From assembly GCA_964016885.1 (NCBI GenBank), contig OZ024745.1:63302001-63366000 (forward strand): a DNA stretch of 64,000 bases. Direction: 5' to 3'. Below, in pieces: positions 49,456-62,733 of the stretch (positions are counted from its first letter, which is position 1; every line of letters starts with the position of its first letter). The stretch comes from Eledone cirrhosa (lineage: Eukaryota). The notes below the pieces were generated by a model. That model was not told the DNA's origin, searched no databases, and saw only the letters and a program-made list of their open reading frames with translations. The translations under genes were made by a program, and so were the position numbers.

Positions 49456-50849
49456 TTTGGAAGTGTGTGTGTGTGTACTTATGTGTGCATGTCATGTATG
49501 TGTAGGCGCATGAGTGCCTTTGAGTGTATCAAAGAAGCTGAGGATTAAACAAGTTGACATATTAGCAATATTTCCTTTTGTATTTAACACTTTATTCGTG
49601 TTTTTGTTGTTTTTACAACAGTAGAATATTTTGTTTACCTCAGTGCATTACTAATAATAGAAACACCAATGTAAATGTGATTGAAAATTGCACTGATAAT
49701 AGCTTTGATTAGTTTCTTGGTGATAAGTGAGAGATTTGTTTCTACAACTGCATTAGACTTTACTTTTTACCAATAGTCTTACTACCTTTTCTGTTTTATC
49801 GTTCGTTGAAATTTGGTATTGCAGAAAGTTACTTTTCTTATATTTGTCAGATAATTAGAAATTTTGTCTTTTTGTGTTCCAAATGTAATTCCGATAAGTT
49901 CACATACTTTCTATTTGCCTGGGCCTAGATTATTTCTACGTGTCCTTCATATATTATCATATTAGAAAGTTCGATATAAACATGGACAAGGTAGATTGCT
50001 TTGCTAATTCTATCATCAACAATATACCCTAAAGAGATATATTTTACGACGTCGTTGATTAGTTTATTCGGATATATACTCGTATATGGGTGAAAACTAA
50101 AATAATTAATGCATTTCTAAGAGATTATTTGGAATCATTATTGGAAATATTGCTGTTACCTCTAGCCCTTTTGTGTTTCTTGATATGCATTTGAGGTGTT
50201 GTTGGAGAAGGAATCCTGCTGTGCGCAAAGTTTTGCATTTTAAAATTCTTCCACAATGGCTGGTACATATGCACAACCACGTACATATAAAGGCATACGA
50301 GCTGTGTCAGAAAACTAATCTGACTTAGTGTGCTGTGTGAGCTATGAGTGAAGTAGGGATTAATCGGTTCTGTCACTGTATGACGGAATATTCGGGGAGT
50401 ATATAATTGCGATCTCATCTCACTGCAGAAATAGTATGTTTTTTTAGTGTTCCTCATATCTAGGCCGCTGAGCGATGGGTCCAGGGCAAAGAACCAACAT
50501 AAAGCTTCTGGTCTGGTTGGGGAAAGCTACATCAGATATACGCAGAACACTGCAGCAAGTGTATAGAGATGAGGTGATGGCGCACTCACCGGTTTCTGAG
50601 TGGCATAAAGGATACAATGAGGGACACAAGTAGGGAAAAGATGACCCCAGGAGTGGAAGGCGTTCAACCAGCAGGACTGACACCAATGTTGAGCACGTGA
50701 GGTAGGTGAAGCGTGGTGATTGTCGGTTGACTTAGACTGATCATAAGTAACATGCTCCAGGGTCTTGAAACCGAAAGTAGTCATGGGTATTCGACTATGA
50801 CCAGGAGACCCAGCGACAGAACCTTTAGAGGTTGAGTCGGTATAAAGTT

Positions 50850-51160
50850 GTCAAGTTCAAAGAAAACAAGACATTCAAACGCATGTTATTCGCGTTCTTT
50901 GATGTTAGAGACATCGAGCACATAGAGTTCTTGGCACAAGGCCAGACGATCAAACAGCATGTCTGCAAATAGATTCATCCTGCGGCGTTTGCTTCGTTCA
51001 TTGCGCGAGAGTTGACGTAGGATAACTCGTGTCTGCTTTACCACGACAATGCCCTGAACATTCAGCAGTTGCGGGCCGAGAATATCGCCGTGCAGAAGCA
51101 ACCACCCTACTTACCTGACTTGGCTCCGTCGGATGTCTTCCTTTTCCCCAAGCTCAAGAC
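50850..51160 (+). pseudogene. Mariner transposase catalytic-domain fragment
   Basis: MLFAFFDVRDIEHIEFLAQGQTIKQH...LYHDNA...QPPYLPDLAPSDVFLFPKLK (YSPDLAP motif). Confidence 0.88.
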
Positions 51161-51194
51161 GGTCATGCTACCAATAAAAAACACAGGCAGCTGT

Positions 51195-52385
51195 TGCTTG
51201 CAATAGTGTACCACCCTAGCTCCGCAGTGCCATACTGCGGCACCTTATGTCCGAAGTGCCTTATTTTACTACAATATCTCCCCATTGCCATATTTTCCCA
51301 TCCTATCTTCCCAGTGCCATACTGCTTCACCTTGGCATCTAGTTCCATAGTGTGTCACCCTAGCTCCATGTGCCATAGTGCGTAACGCTAAATTTGAAAT
51401 GCCGTATGTTCATACATTATCTCTCTATTTACAAGGCTAGCTCCGTACTGCGTCACTGAAGTTCACCAGGTACATAGTCTACCACGCTAGTCCCAGAGTG
51501 CCATAGTGCGGCACCCTAGATTAGATTCAAAGTGTCATATTTTCCCACACTCTCCCTCCATTGCTATAGCGGGGTCACCATAACTCCATATTTCCACACT
51601 GCGTCACTGAAGCTCCCCAGTTCCCTAGTGTGCCATCCTCTTCCACAGTGCCATAGTGCGGCACACTAGCTTCAAAATGCCATATTTTCCCACACTATCT
51701 ACCCAATGCTATAAGGTTGTCAAACTAGCTCCATATCTTCATACAATGTGCTCCACATTTCCATAATGTGTCATCGAAGCCCCACAGTGGCATAATGTGG
51801 GACCCTAGATGCAAAGTGCCATATTTTCCCATACTATCCCACCATTGCTATATTTACAATAACTCCATATTTACATACTGCTTCACTGAAGCTCCCCTGT
51901 TCCATAATGTATCATCCAAGCTCCGCAGTGTCATAGTGCGGCACCCTAGCTTCAAAGTGTCATGTCGCCACACTATCTCCCGATTGTTATAGGGGGATCA
52001 CCCTAGCTCCATATATCTATACTGTTTCAATGAAGCTCCGCAGGTCCCTAGAGTGCCATTTTGTGGGACCCTAGCTCCGATGTACCATATTTTCCCACAC
52101 TATCTCCCCATTTCTATGTGGGGTCACACTAGCTCCATATATCCATACTGTTTCACTGAAGCTCCCCAGGTCCATAGTGTGTTCCACCCTAGCTTCAAAG
52201 TGCCATATATTCCCACACTATCTCCCCATTGCCATAGGGAGTGACCCTAGCTCCATATTTCCATACTGTGTCACTCATGCTCCCTAATTCCGTAGTGCAG
52301 CACGCTTGCTCCGAAGTGCCGTATTTTACCACCCTATCTTCCCATTGCAATATTTTACCATCCTAGGTTCCCAGTGCCATATTGT
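51195..52385. repeat. Diverged tandem repeat, ~120-bp unit, about 9-10 units
   Basis: Recurring caccctagctccatatt..catactg..tcactgaagctcccc and aaagtgccatattttcccacactatctccc blocks. Confidence 0.85.
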
Positions 52386-52399
52386 CCCTTAACAGAATC

Positions 52400-52562
52400 T
52401 GATGACGATGATGATGATGATGCTGTTGATGGTGGTGATGATTATGATATTGATGTTGTGAATGATGTCGAAGATGATGATGATGATGATGATGATGAGG
52501 AGGAGGAGGAGAAGGAGGAGGAGGATGGAGAGGGGAAGTAGGGGGAGGAGGACGATGATGAT
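52400..52562. repeat. (GAT)n/(GAG)n low-complexity tract
   Basis: Direct reading. Confidence 0.85.
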
Positions 52563-53640
52563 AATTATTTACTCACCTGTTCATTCTCCGTTTGGCTACA
52601 CACTCACACAGAGAGCATAGATTTTTACAGCATACCCCTTCCTACTTTTTACACTCATACACACACACGCACGCGCGCACGCGTACTAATACAGAGCTTT
52701 GTGCAAAAGTTGAAACACTGATTTTTTTTCTCGCCGAAGAATTTTCAATTTCCCCTTCCTTTGTTTTAACTCATTCATCTCACGAACTGACTGACATACG
52801 GACAGACATAATTCGACTTTTATTTAATGTTTACTTCATGGTTATGAAATTAATGACTCTAATATATTATTTACACTGTGTTGTAACCTTATAGTTTTCA
52901 TTACTGATTTTACTTCTTACTTCTTTTGTGTATTTTCAGATGTATTAATTATCATTACCACTTACTTTACAATAAAAAGAAATTAGTTATTTGTAACGGG
53001 TAACGAATTCTTTGATTTCCCCGTTTCTTCCTTATTACAGAATCAATTTCGTTGCTTATAATTACAATTCTTATATATATTCCTCTTTAGTAATGCTCAC
53101 ATCATGATAGTAACGAAGAACAAAATGGTAGCTATCATCATCATAAACATTAACGTTAATATTAATGATGTGCGTTTTATCCTCATTGTTATTTTATATA
53201 AAGAACGATGGATTGGAATAATCGCTAGAGGTTTGGAAATTATATTTTGTGACATATTTCGGATGTTTATGTCCTAGGTTTCTATCCAACTGAGTTCCAT
53301 TTTACAATTCATCATACCAGTATATAATATAGTACTAGTCAATTACTGGTGTCGATTTAATCGTCTCTCCCACTAGAAAACTTAGTTGGATTTGCGACAA
53401 TATTGAAAGCAAGTATCATTGTCATAAATATTTAGGGATTATAGGGTGTCGGATTCAATGTGCTCTATCCCTTGCACCATTTTGAATATACCGAATTCTT
53501 ATTCCATAAGGTTCTATAAATTTACTTCCTACAAAATGACAGTTTCCAATCTAGCACATTTCAATCTTTGCAAAACGTTTGTTATATTGCGAAGAATCTT
53601 TACTTCATGAAATATTAAGATTGAATATATTTAATTATCA

Positions 53641-53672
53641 CTAGCAGAATGGCCCGGCGTTGCTCGGGATTC
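53641..53672 (-). mobile_element. Helitron-like 3' terminus
   Basis: Minus strand reads cccgagcaacgccggg (hairpin) then ccattctgCTAG|t. Confidence 0.5.
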
Positions 53673-54078
53673 TAAACATAGATTGGCATGTTTATCCCTC
53701 CTTTCTGAAACAGTACAGAGAAGTACGGAATACCTCGGCCTGGAGATGGTCTCTACATTTTGTGCTTATAAAAAAAATTTGCTAGTATATATTAAAATAA
53801 CAGATTAAAGTTTAAACAAAGAATCGCTGCTTTCACGCTTAATGGGATCTTCTGTAACTAAAAAGATCAATCTGTGAACGCAGAAGTAAATATTTCGAGA
53901 AACGTTACACACTATATATATATATATATATAGTGTGTAACGTGTATATATATATACACACACACCACAGATACCGAAGTCAATGTTTTCATAATGTTGT
54001 AATGCAGACACCCAGACATACAGACAGATATTATAAGGGCGCGACGTTATAGTTATGTATCTATCTAAAAAGACAGAC

Positions 54079-54119
<41 letters not shown>

Positions 54120-54154
54120 ACAGCCACTGAGTAACACTGGTAAAGGAAGTACAC

Positions 54155-54193
<39 letters not shown>

Positions 54194-55277
54194 ATAATAA
54201 TAAATGTGAAGACTAAAATCCAAAGAGGGTTCGATAAGGATAAATATATATCAAATATATAAGAACTGTAGAGCAAATATTTATTAAAATAACAGATTAA
54301 AGTTGAAGCAAAGAATCACTGCTTTCACCCTTAACGTGTGTGTGTGTGTGTGTCTGTGTGTGTGTATGTGTGTGTGTGTTTATACTTATGCATCTATATG
54401 TATATATATTTTATTAATTTGTCAAAATTCCCTTACGTTTGAGTAAACATTAGGCGGAAACTGATTGCTTCTTCTGGCAAATATGTTACTGAAAACTGTC
54501 GTCCCTTTTCCACCCTCTGCGACAGTTATGCCACGTGATAATACTCCCACCCGAAATTATTCACTGGTAGCGGTTAGTTCAGGAATTTGTCCTTTCATTG
54601 AGGAAGCCTTGACAAGCAGATAAGCTCGCGGCTAGATGCATCCTGGTTGTATATAAATCGGTGGAACTGTGCAGTAGGTACTTTCAAGAAAAACATTCAG
54701 TACAACTTTATCTATTTCCTCTTTACACGTATAATTGTTAAATATATAGATATATTGGTATTTTTTAACGTTGTTGTTAAGGTCAAGTCTTTCAAGTTAT
54801 TCAACCTCTTGTATTGGTAATTTCTTACTCCAGTAATTGGTGAATTCTGGAGAATCCACTCCTATGTCAATGGGATGAAATTTTGCCAGCTGTATAACTT
54901 GGAGAAGTGGAATTTACTCTCGCAACTGGCTTCAGGGAAAACGCTGATTAAATGCCCGCCCTCGGTCGTTGTGCTCATAAAGCAAACTTTATTGTGAAAA
55001 ATGGTCTGGACCGAATTAATTGAATTTATTTTCTTTTAATTTTCTACTTAACCCCTGAGCTCCCTGTGTAATACATTTTTTCAAACTTGGTTTATTTTCA
55101 TACGGAATTGATGCATAATAGCTGCAGATGTGTAATTGGACGAAGCTAGCGCCATGTTTAGTCAGTGCTAGTCCATTGGCTAGTTCCTAAGTTAGCCCTA
55201 AGTTATGGAACAATCCTAATAATAATGGACTTGCTGACATTACATATGTCTGATCTTGAAATTTCAATTTGTCTTAC

Positions 55278-55443
<166 letters not shown>

Positions 55444-55471
55444 CGTGAAACACAGAAACACACACACACGC

Positions 55472-55503
<32 letters not shown>

Positions 55504-56328
55504 ACGTGCCCTGCTTAAACAAAAACTGAAATACATAGGATCAAATAAAACAGAAACGGGATCTTTAAGGTCTATTAACTGGTTCAACACTGTCAAACAA
55601 AACAAATCCAGTATGAATGAATCAAACGCTTGTAATAATGTTTGACTCATAATTGAATACATCTAATCCATATTACACGTATTTTCAAATATACATTTAT
55701 CAAATTTCCTGGCAATACCTGCTTCCGTGCTTTATGTTCCACATATCTGTTAATTTATGATATTTAACTCATAGTTGCATAACTAATTTTCAGGACCTTT
55801 ATTTAAACATTAAGCCAAAGAAATATAAAATAATTAACACAAAATATATATATATATCTCGATGTCTGAAATTAGACGTACATAACTTTGAAACATAATC
55901 TGCAAATATTATTTAATCCAGGAACATGCTAATATCATTTCATTTTAGAAATATTGTATTGAACTGTCCCGCTCAGGGCCATCAGTGTGTGCGAGGATAT
56001 TGTAGGTTTCAAGATGTAGCTTGTCAGAGATTAAAATCAATATCCCTATAAAATATTCATATTATTTTAATAACTGCAATTTTAGCTAATGGACTTCCTT
56101 TTAAAACACTTTTCTTCGTATCATGTTCCTAAATGTGTGCATCAATTTGTCATTTTTACACATCAACGAAAAATATTGTTATAAATGTTGTTATGAGAAA
56201 GTTATATAGATAAATTTCTTACTGACATAATTAAATATCTATGTGTGTGTGATAGTACATTTCTGTGATTTAGAGTGAATATATGTTGTGCTCATGTGTA
56301 TGCTTATTACTATACATATGTGTATATT

Positions 56329-56453
<125 letters not shown>

Positions 56454-56556
56454 ATATACATATATATATATATATGTATGTATGTATATATATACATATA
56501 TATTTTTTTTTTTATATACATACATATATATACATATATATGTATATGTATGTATG

Positions 56557-56587
<31 letters not shown>

Positions 56588-59024
56588 TTTACTTGTATGA
56601 TGAAATTAATAATCTATAAGGACAAATATTACGCTAGTCTCAATTTGTTAATACTTTGAGTTCGACGTTAGAGAGTAAATGTCATTTCACACTTTTCATC
56701 CTTATCTTTTATAGAATAAAAAATATATTTCAAAATATAGCCGTCTATTTTCCTTATTCTATTTTTGCATATTTTGAATATATTTCAAGACTGCAATTGA
56801 AATAGTGCCAGATTCCACATTAGTAATCTAATTTAAAATGACTTTTAAATAATTCTGTCGATAATGGATTTATGATGGTTACTTTTCTTGAATCCGTCAC
56901 TATGTGTAATATATAGCTAAACGTTGGGCTCCAATGTGACTTGGAAATGAAGTACGGAAAAGTGAATACTCAGTATGAGGTACATTAAAGATTCAAGATG
57001 GTGACATCGTTTCAGTTCTTGGTTCACATGTCTACTTTACTTTCATAGCTAATAACATCAATATATCCACTTGTTCCTAATACGAGGTCTTTGTTGCAAA
57101 AAAAAATAATCAATATATTTTTGTAATAAAGATATGAAAGCGAAAATGTAGTTTTATGCAATGATAAAAATATGGCTCTAACATATTGAGAAAATTATGA
57201 ATTATAAAGGATAAGTGCCGGGTTTTCTTCCATTCGAAGAAATATGTTTCATCATATCTTAAAATCCATGGGGATATTTACTTAATAGCTGGGAAGAGAA
57301 AATAAATTTTGAAATCTTTGACATTTTCAAGAGCCATAGGGTTAAAATAGCTTCAAAGACTCTGGAGAACCAACAAACTGGGAGGAATAGGAATTCTCAT
57401 TCTCTGGTGTTGTCCAATACAAAATATTTTGGTATAACTTTAAGCCAGGATTTGTGAAATTCTAGGTCATTTAACTCATGACGCGAATGAAGTTATATAT
57501 TTTTTCATCAAGATATGTCTGAACATATTTTATTGAATATAAAATAGAAAACTATTTAGCTGTTTTCTATTTTGTATGCAGGTGTTGGAAGACTATTCAG
57601 AGAGATACATGATTTAATGTTAAGCTGATATCTTGCATATAACTGACAAATAATATCTCAGAAACAATTCGAGAGATTAACATAAAACTGTAAAAATTTG
57701 AAAGATTTTTTTTTCGATCCGTTAATTATTTTACCATGATCTTGATCTCCTTTTTTTTCAGATCTTTCGAAGAAATGGACGAAATTGATAACGATGGTAT
57801 TCTTGAAATTCTTTCTGAGTTCAAAAGAAACGCAGCAGCAAATTGTTCAACCCAAAATTTCTTCAATGAAAAAATACGCAATAAAAAATAGTTTTCTCAA
57901 AATATGACCGCGTATTTGAGGGAAACCGTATCTTCAAAATACTATAATTCAGTAACTTCGAAATTAGAACATTAGGCATTACTATTGAATAAAAAAGCAT
58001 GAACAGCAGATTTATTAACAGATAATTGATTAGTTTATTAAGGTTTAAAAATTTCTATACTTATATTTTCCCAGGAAAATACACATTGGAAGGTTTCAAA
58101 TAATACAAACTGCTGAACTACTCATCTACTCTCCCATAATATTTTGTGATACATTGAAATACTGATACATCAAATCATGAGTTGTAATATACCCGTCTCG
58201 TGTAAAGTTCAATTAGAAGGATTTTGCATGAAACTGCTCTCGTGATAAAAGTGGTTTTCTCGTTTCCATTATAGAGAACTGTGTTAAATCTTCTTGGATT
58301 TATCCTAATGTATAATTTCACAGCCAATCGGATGAGGCTTGCATGTGAATAAGCTCGAAATAGTTGGCAACTGAAGTTTCAAACATGCACTAACAAATTT
58401 ATAAGACAGCAATGATGTCTTTTGAGCTAAACTTAAATGTAGATGATTTGAAAATGAAACATGATATTCTTGCATTATTCCATTGCAATGTCTCAGTATA
58501 CAAAGTGTGGAGTTCACTGATGCCACAATGTTATATTGTCCCGTTGAATTCCAAAACACGTTGGTACCCTGTGGAATGCTGCTACACCTTTGGAAACTCA
58601 AGGCTTGTATGTTCGTTATATCATGCGATCTTGATTCAAGAAGATACACTTTTGCTCATAGAATATGTTCATGATCTCTGGTGGTAAAAGTAAAGAGGGC
58701 TGCAGAGAGAGATAGAGGGTGAATGCGGAGGAGAGATTCGCACAGATCAGCGCAATTGTTAACACAGTCACCCTGCACTCAGAGTTTATGGGTTTGAATT
58801 ACTTATTAGGTAACATAGCAAATTTTGTCTACTGTTAATTATAGTCTTCGAATATTATTGTTACACATATTTATGTTTGGAAACTGCATTTAACATAAGA
58901 ATAATTTAAACAGTTGTAAGGTATGTGCAGCTATGGTATATTCGGCAATTCAATTCCGTTCTACTATATTTAGCCTTCTGATCACGAATGTATTCGAATG
59001 GAATATATATATATATATATATAT

Positions 59025-59581
59025 GTAGATAAATCTACCAAGAGTTTACGGTAGTGTCCAATCCGTATGAAGAACTCAATGTATTCCGGATATCATGGAA
59101 AGAAGAGATGTAATGAAAAATCACTTTCGGTGAAAGATAAACGGTATACAGAGTCAAGATAAAATATTAAACAAATAATGAATAAAACAATGAAACAGTT
59201 CCTTATATTAAACAAAAAAAGTTCATTATTTAACGATCGTTTCTAGGATATATATGTGTTAGAATTGGCATGCATATTCAACAGATCTATGTACAAAATT
59301 ATACAAAATTATACAAACTATCAAGATTAAATATACATACCAACACATATATACGCCGTCTTCAGAAATAATAATTATTATTTCTGAAGACGGCGTATAT
59401 ATGTGTTGGTATGTATATTTAATCTTGATAGTTTGTATAATTTTGTATAATTTTGTACATAGATCTGTTGAATATGCATGCCAATTCTAACACATATATA
59501 TCCTAGAAACGATCGTTAAATAATGAACTTTTTTTGTTTAATATAAGGAACTGTTTCATTGTTTTATTCATTATTTGTTTA

Positions 59582-59590
<9 letters not shown>
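59025..59590. mobile_element. Fold-back PLE-derived element with perfect 432-bp palindrome (59159-59590)
   Basis: 216-bp arms with no spacer, centre 59374/59375; ~135-nt left extension; (TA)n flanks. Confidence 0.9.
59375..59526 (+). ncRNA. Hammerhead ribozyme motif with 115-nt helix II (mirror on minus strand at 59223-59374)
   Basis: ttattattt-CTGAAGA(59384-59390)-...-GAAA(59506-59509)-cgatcg-TT-aaataatga; GUU triplet. Confidence 0.65.
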
Positions 59591-59636
<46 letters not shown>

Positions 59637-59644
59637 AAATATAT

Positions 59645-59760
59645 TAGGTGGACCATAACGCACCAGAGTACTCAATACTTAGGTTAGTGGAGTGGGTAAT
59701 AGGAAAAGAGTCAAGACCCCGACAGCTGCGCTCCGGCCGTTTCGACAGCTAGATCCGAAC
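59645..59760 (-). mobile_element. PLE-derived fragment, same family as 7990-8170
   Basis: gaccat..cagagtactcaatactt.gg.tagtgg...gacccccgac..ctg.g.tccg.ccgtttc shared with 8014-8106. Confidence 0.65.
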
Positions 59761-59834
59761 GTAAAACTGTAGGAAGTAAAAATAGCTGTAAAATGGTAGA
59801 CTGTTATGATCGTCATAGAACCCGCACACACCCG

Positions 59835-59872
<38 letters not shown>

Positions 59873-60011
59873 TGTGTGTGTGTGTGTGTGTGCGTGCGTG
59901 TGCGTGCGCGTGTGCGTGTGCGTGTAGCTACATGCTGTCTACAAATTCTCTTAAACTTGGCATTAATGTTACAATGAGATTTGATGTAACTTTATCTTCA
60001 AATTTAATTAA

Positions 60012-60106
60012 TTTGCCTTTCATCCTTACGGGGTCGATAAAATAAAGTACCAGTAATACACTGGGGTGATAGCTGACCTTGTGCCAAAAGTAGAAACAAT
60101 TATTAT
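60012..60106 (+). mobile_element. SINE 3' half
   Basis: tttgcctttcatccttacggggtcgataaaataaagtaccag...agtagaaacaattattat. Confidence 0.85.
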
Positions 60107-61817
60107 CTAATCTATGAGATTGACCATCCACGATCTTCACTTATATTCTATACTTATTTAATCGCCAACTTGCCAGAAAAATAAATGTTACTACACATTA
60201 AACCAGTATTTAGACAACGGTAACTTGTATACCCGATACGTGATAAAAACTGAGATATAATACTTACTACATTTACTTGATAAATACTTTAGTATAACAT
60301 GCCTCATATTCATCAGGAAAACACTACAATAAAGTTTCTGTCTAACATTGATCTAATACGCTGAGTGGTATGTCATACCATATTTATCAGTTAGCAAGTA
60401 ATGTACAAATTTACTTTATTCGAGGCCTTTAGTAGTGAGGACTATTTGCTTCGAGGATATTCATGATATCGATAAAGACAATAGAAATCTACAACATTAT
60501 CGCAGATATATTGAACACAATCCCCAAATTTGCTTCAGGATTATTAGTGGTCATACTACAATAATTACATAAAATACACAGCAATTGAGATTTCGCTCTG
60601 AAAACTAGATATATATCAACAGAATGCTATAATGACGTTATCTCATGGCTGATATCAGATGAAACAGTACGTTCTGCGACACGTAAAGTCTCGCACTGCA
60701 ATCCACCTACTAGAACATATTTAGTGCTCCATCATTAAAACTTTATCTAAACTTTTCCTTCACAGCTGATGCAAGAAACGGATTCAATTAGAAATAGTTG
60801 ATTCACTCTTACGTGGGAATTATCTTAGAAAAGTAAACTTTCCTTTCATTGTGACAAAAACGATTTTTCTCTTGTGGTAGATGATAATAAATACAAATTG
60901 GATATTGCAGTATTGAAAGTATGCGCTGCACACATCAACATCAAAGGTGGAAAGAGAAAAATATGGTTATTTGATGTACGACAAATAAGTCAAACTACGT
61001 TTTACAAAGTTAAATATCACTGGCTCTAGTCAGATAATATATTATAGAACAAGGCACTAAACATGAATACAAAGAAATGCAGAAAGATAAAATAAGATTT
61101 TTAAAATTCTACTGGAAGTTTTTAACGAAAATAAAACAATAAAATGTCAAAATAAGTTAACAATTTTTTTTTTTAAATGAGGGATCCGATGGAATAATGT
61201 GTTAAAATGTTCAGCACAAATAAGCAGATAAAAATAGAGTGAGAAGCGATATATTTTCATCGAAAAAAACTGGCACCAAATATATTAAGATTAAAAGATT
61301 ATAAGAATTGGATGCATGCATGTGAGTACGTATGTATTTTCCATAAAATATTGTCTTCTATGTTTCTGATTTAAGTATAGTCAAATAAATGAATGCCATT
61401 GTTGTACGAAAGTCTGTGGTTGGTAAACAAATATGTATATATAGTTGCGACGTATAATTATAAATAACACAAACCAGGTTTACCCTGTCCAGTTTATAAT
61501 ATTTTTGAATGAGTTCAAGTAAAATATACTTGTGTAATCCCAAACATCATTTGGGATTTAATTCATATTAACATATCAAACACGAGGAGTTTTGGGATTG
61601 TCTGACACTTGATTCGTAAAACGAATGCAGTCTAAGGCAAACGTGCTTTGCTTCACATTAAATACTCTTCGAAAGGAATCTTGGTGAACCAGATAGCGTT
61701 CAGAATATTTCCAACATACATATGTACATATACATGCATACATATACTTTACACACTCACACACACACGCACACACGCACACACATACATACACACAAAC
61801 ACACACACACACACATG

Positions 61818-61857
<40 letters not shown>

Positions 61858-62011
61858 TATAAAAATAACAGATTAAAGTTTAAGCAAATTATCGCTGCTT
61901 TCATCCTTAATGGGAACTTCTGAAACTAAATAAGTATTTGCTCTAGGGTTTTAGATATATATATTTATCCTTATCGAGCCCTTGGATTTTAGTCTTCACG
62001 TTTATTACCAT

Positions 62012-62075
<64 letters not shown>

Positions 62076-62122
62076 AATGAATAATAACAGGTAGACATCA
62101 TAAAAAGGTAATTTATTCCGTG

Positions 62123-62234
62123 TGCTTACAAATGTTTCCACGGTGGTACTACAGCGTAGTTATGCTATGTGCAAATTTACAAGAATTTGCAGAACTCAAA
62201 TATCCAATGCTGTGACCACTGTATCCTCAGAGCA
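62123..62234 (-). ncRNA. Hammerhead ribozyme in the PLE pLTR
   Basis: Minus strand: tgct-CTGAGGA(62230-62224)-tacagtggt...accaccgtg-GAAA-catttg-TA-agca, then AATAAA (62117-62112). Confidence 0.72.
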
Positions 62235-62733
62235 GAATGGTAAAATGTACAATGTAAATACCCTTAAGTGGGGTTGTTGGGGAAGATAGAGTAGAAAAGG
62301 AAGAGAGAAAAGTAGGGGAGAGGGAGAGAGAGAGAAAGATATGCAGAGGTTGGAGAAGTAGGAGAGAGTGGTTTGTAGATATCTTAATCAAAATGTTATG
62401 GTAGGGGTTTTATTATACTGGTTACTTTTGGAGAGATGCGTTGATAGTTAAGGTCGGAATTATTTATTGCCCCAGAGGGCAGGTTCATAGATGTGGAGAG
62501 GGAGGTAGGCCAAAGGCGAGAGAGAGAGAGAGTGTAATGGATGTAGAGAGAGAGGTAGAGAGGGGACAGACGAAGTTTATGTGGTGAGTGAACTTTGGGT
62601 TTGTAGTAGTAATCTGTGAATTGCACTGAGTTACCATTTATAGTGATAAGCAGTGTATTGTCTTGTAGTGTGTAGTGTGGGAGAAGAGAGGGTGGTTAGC
62701 TAGAAAGCGATGTTATAGTTACGGGTTCGAATG

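Noticed and set aside
50931-50946. ggcacaaggccag match to the SINE
   Set aside because: Lies in-frame within the mariner transposase fragment; coincidental
51195-52385. Repeat array as a CRISPR locus
   Set aside because: No unique spacers, degenerate units, no cas genes, eukaryotic context
52388-52562. Acidic D/E-rich exon
   Set aside because: Simple trinucleotide tract with an in-frame TAG and no partner exons
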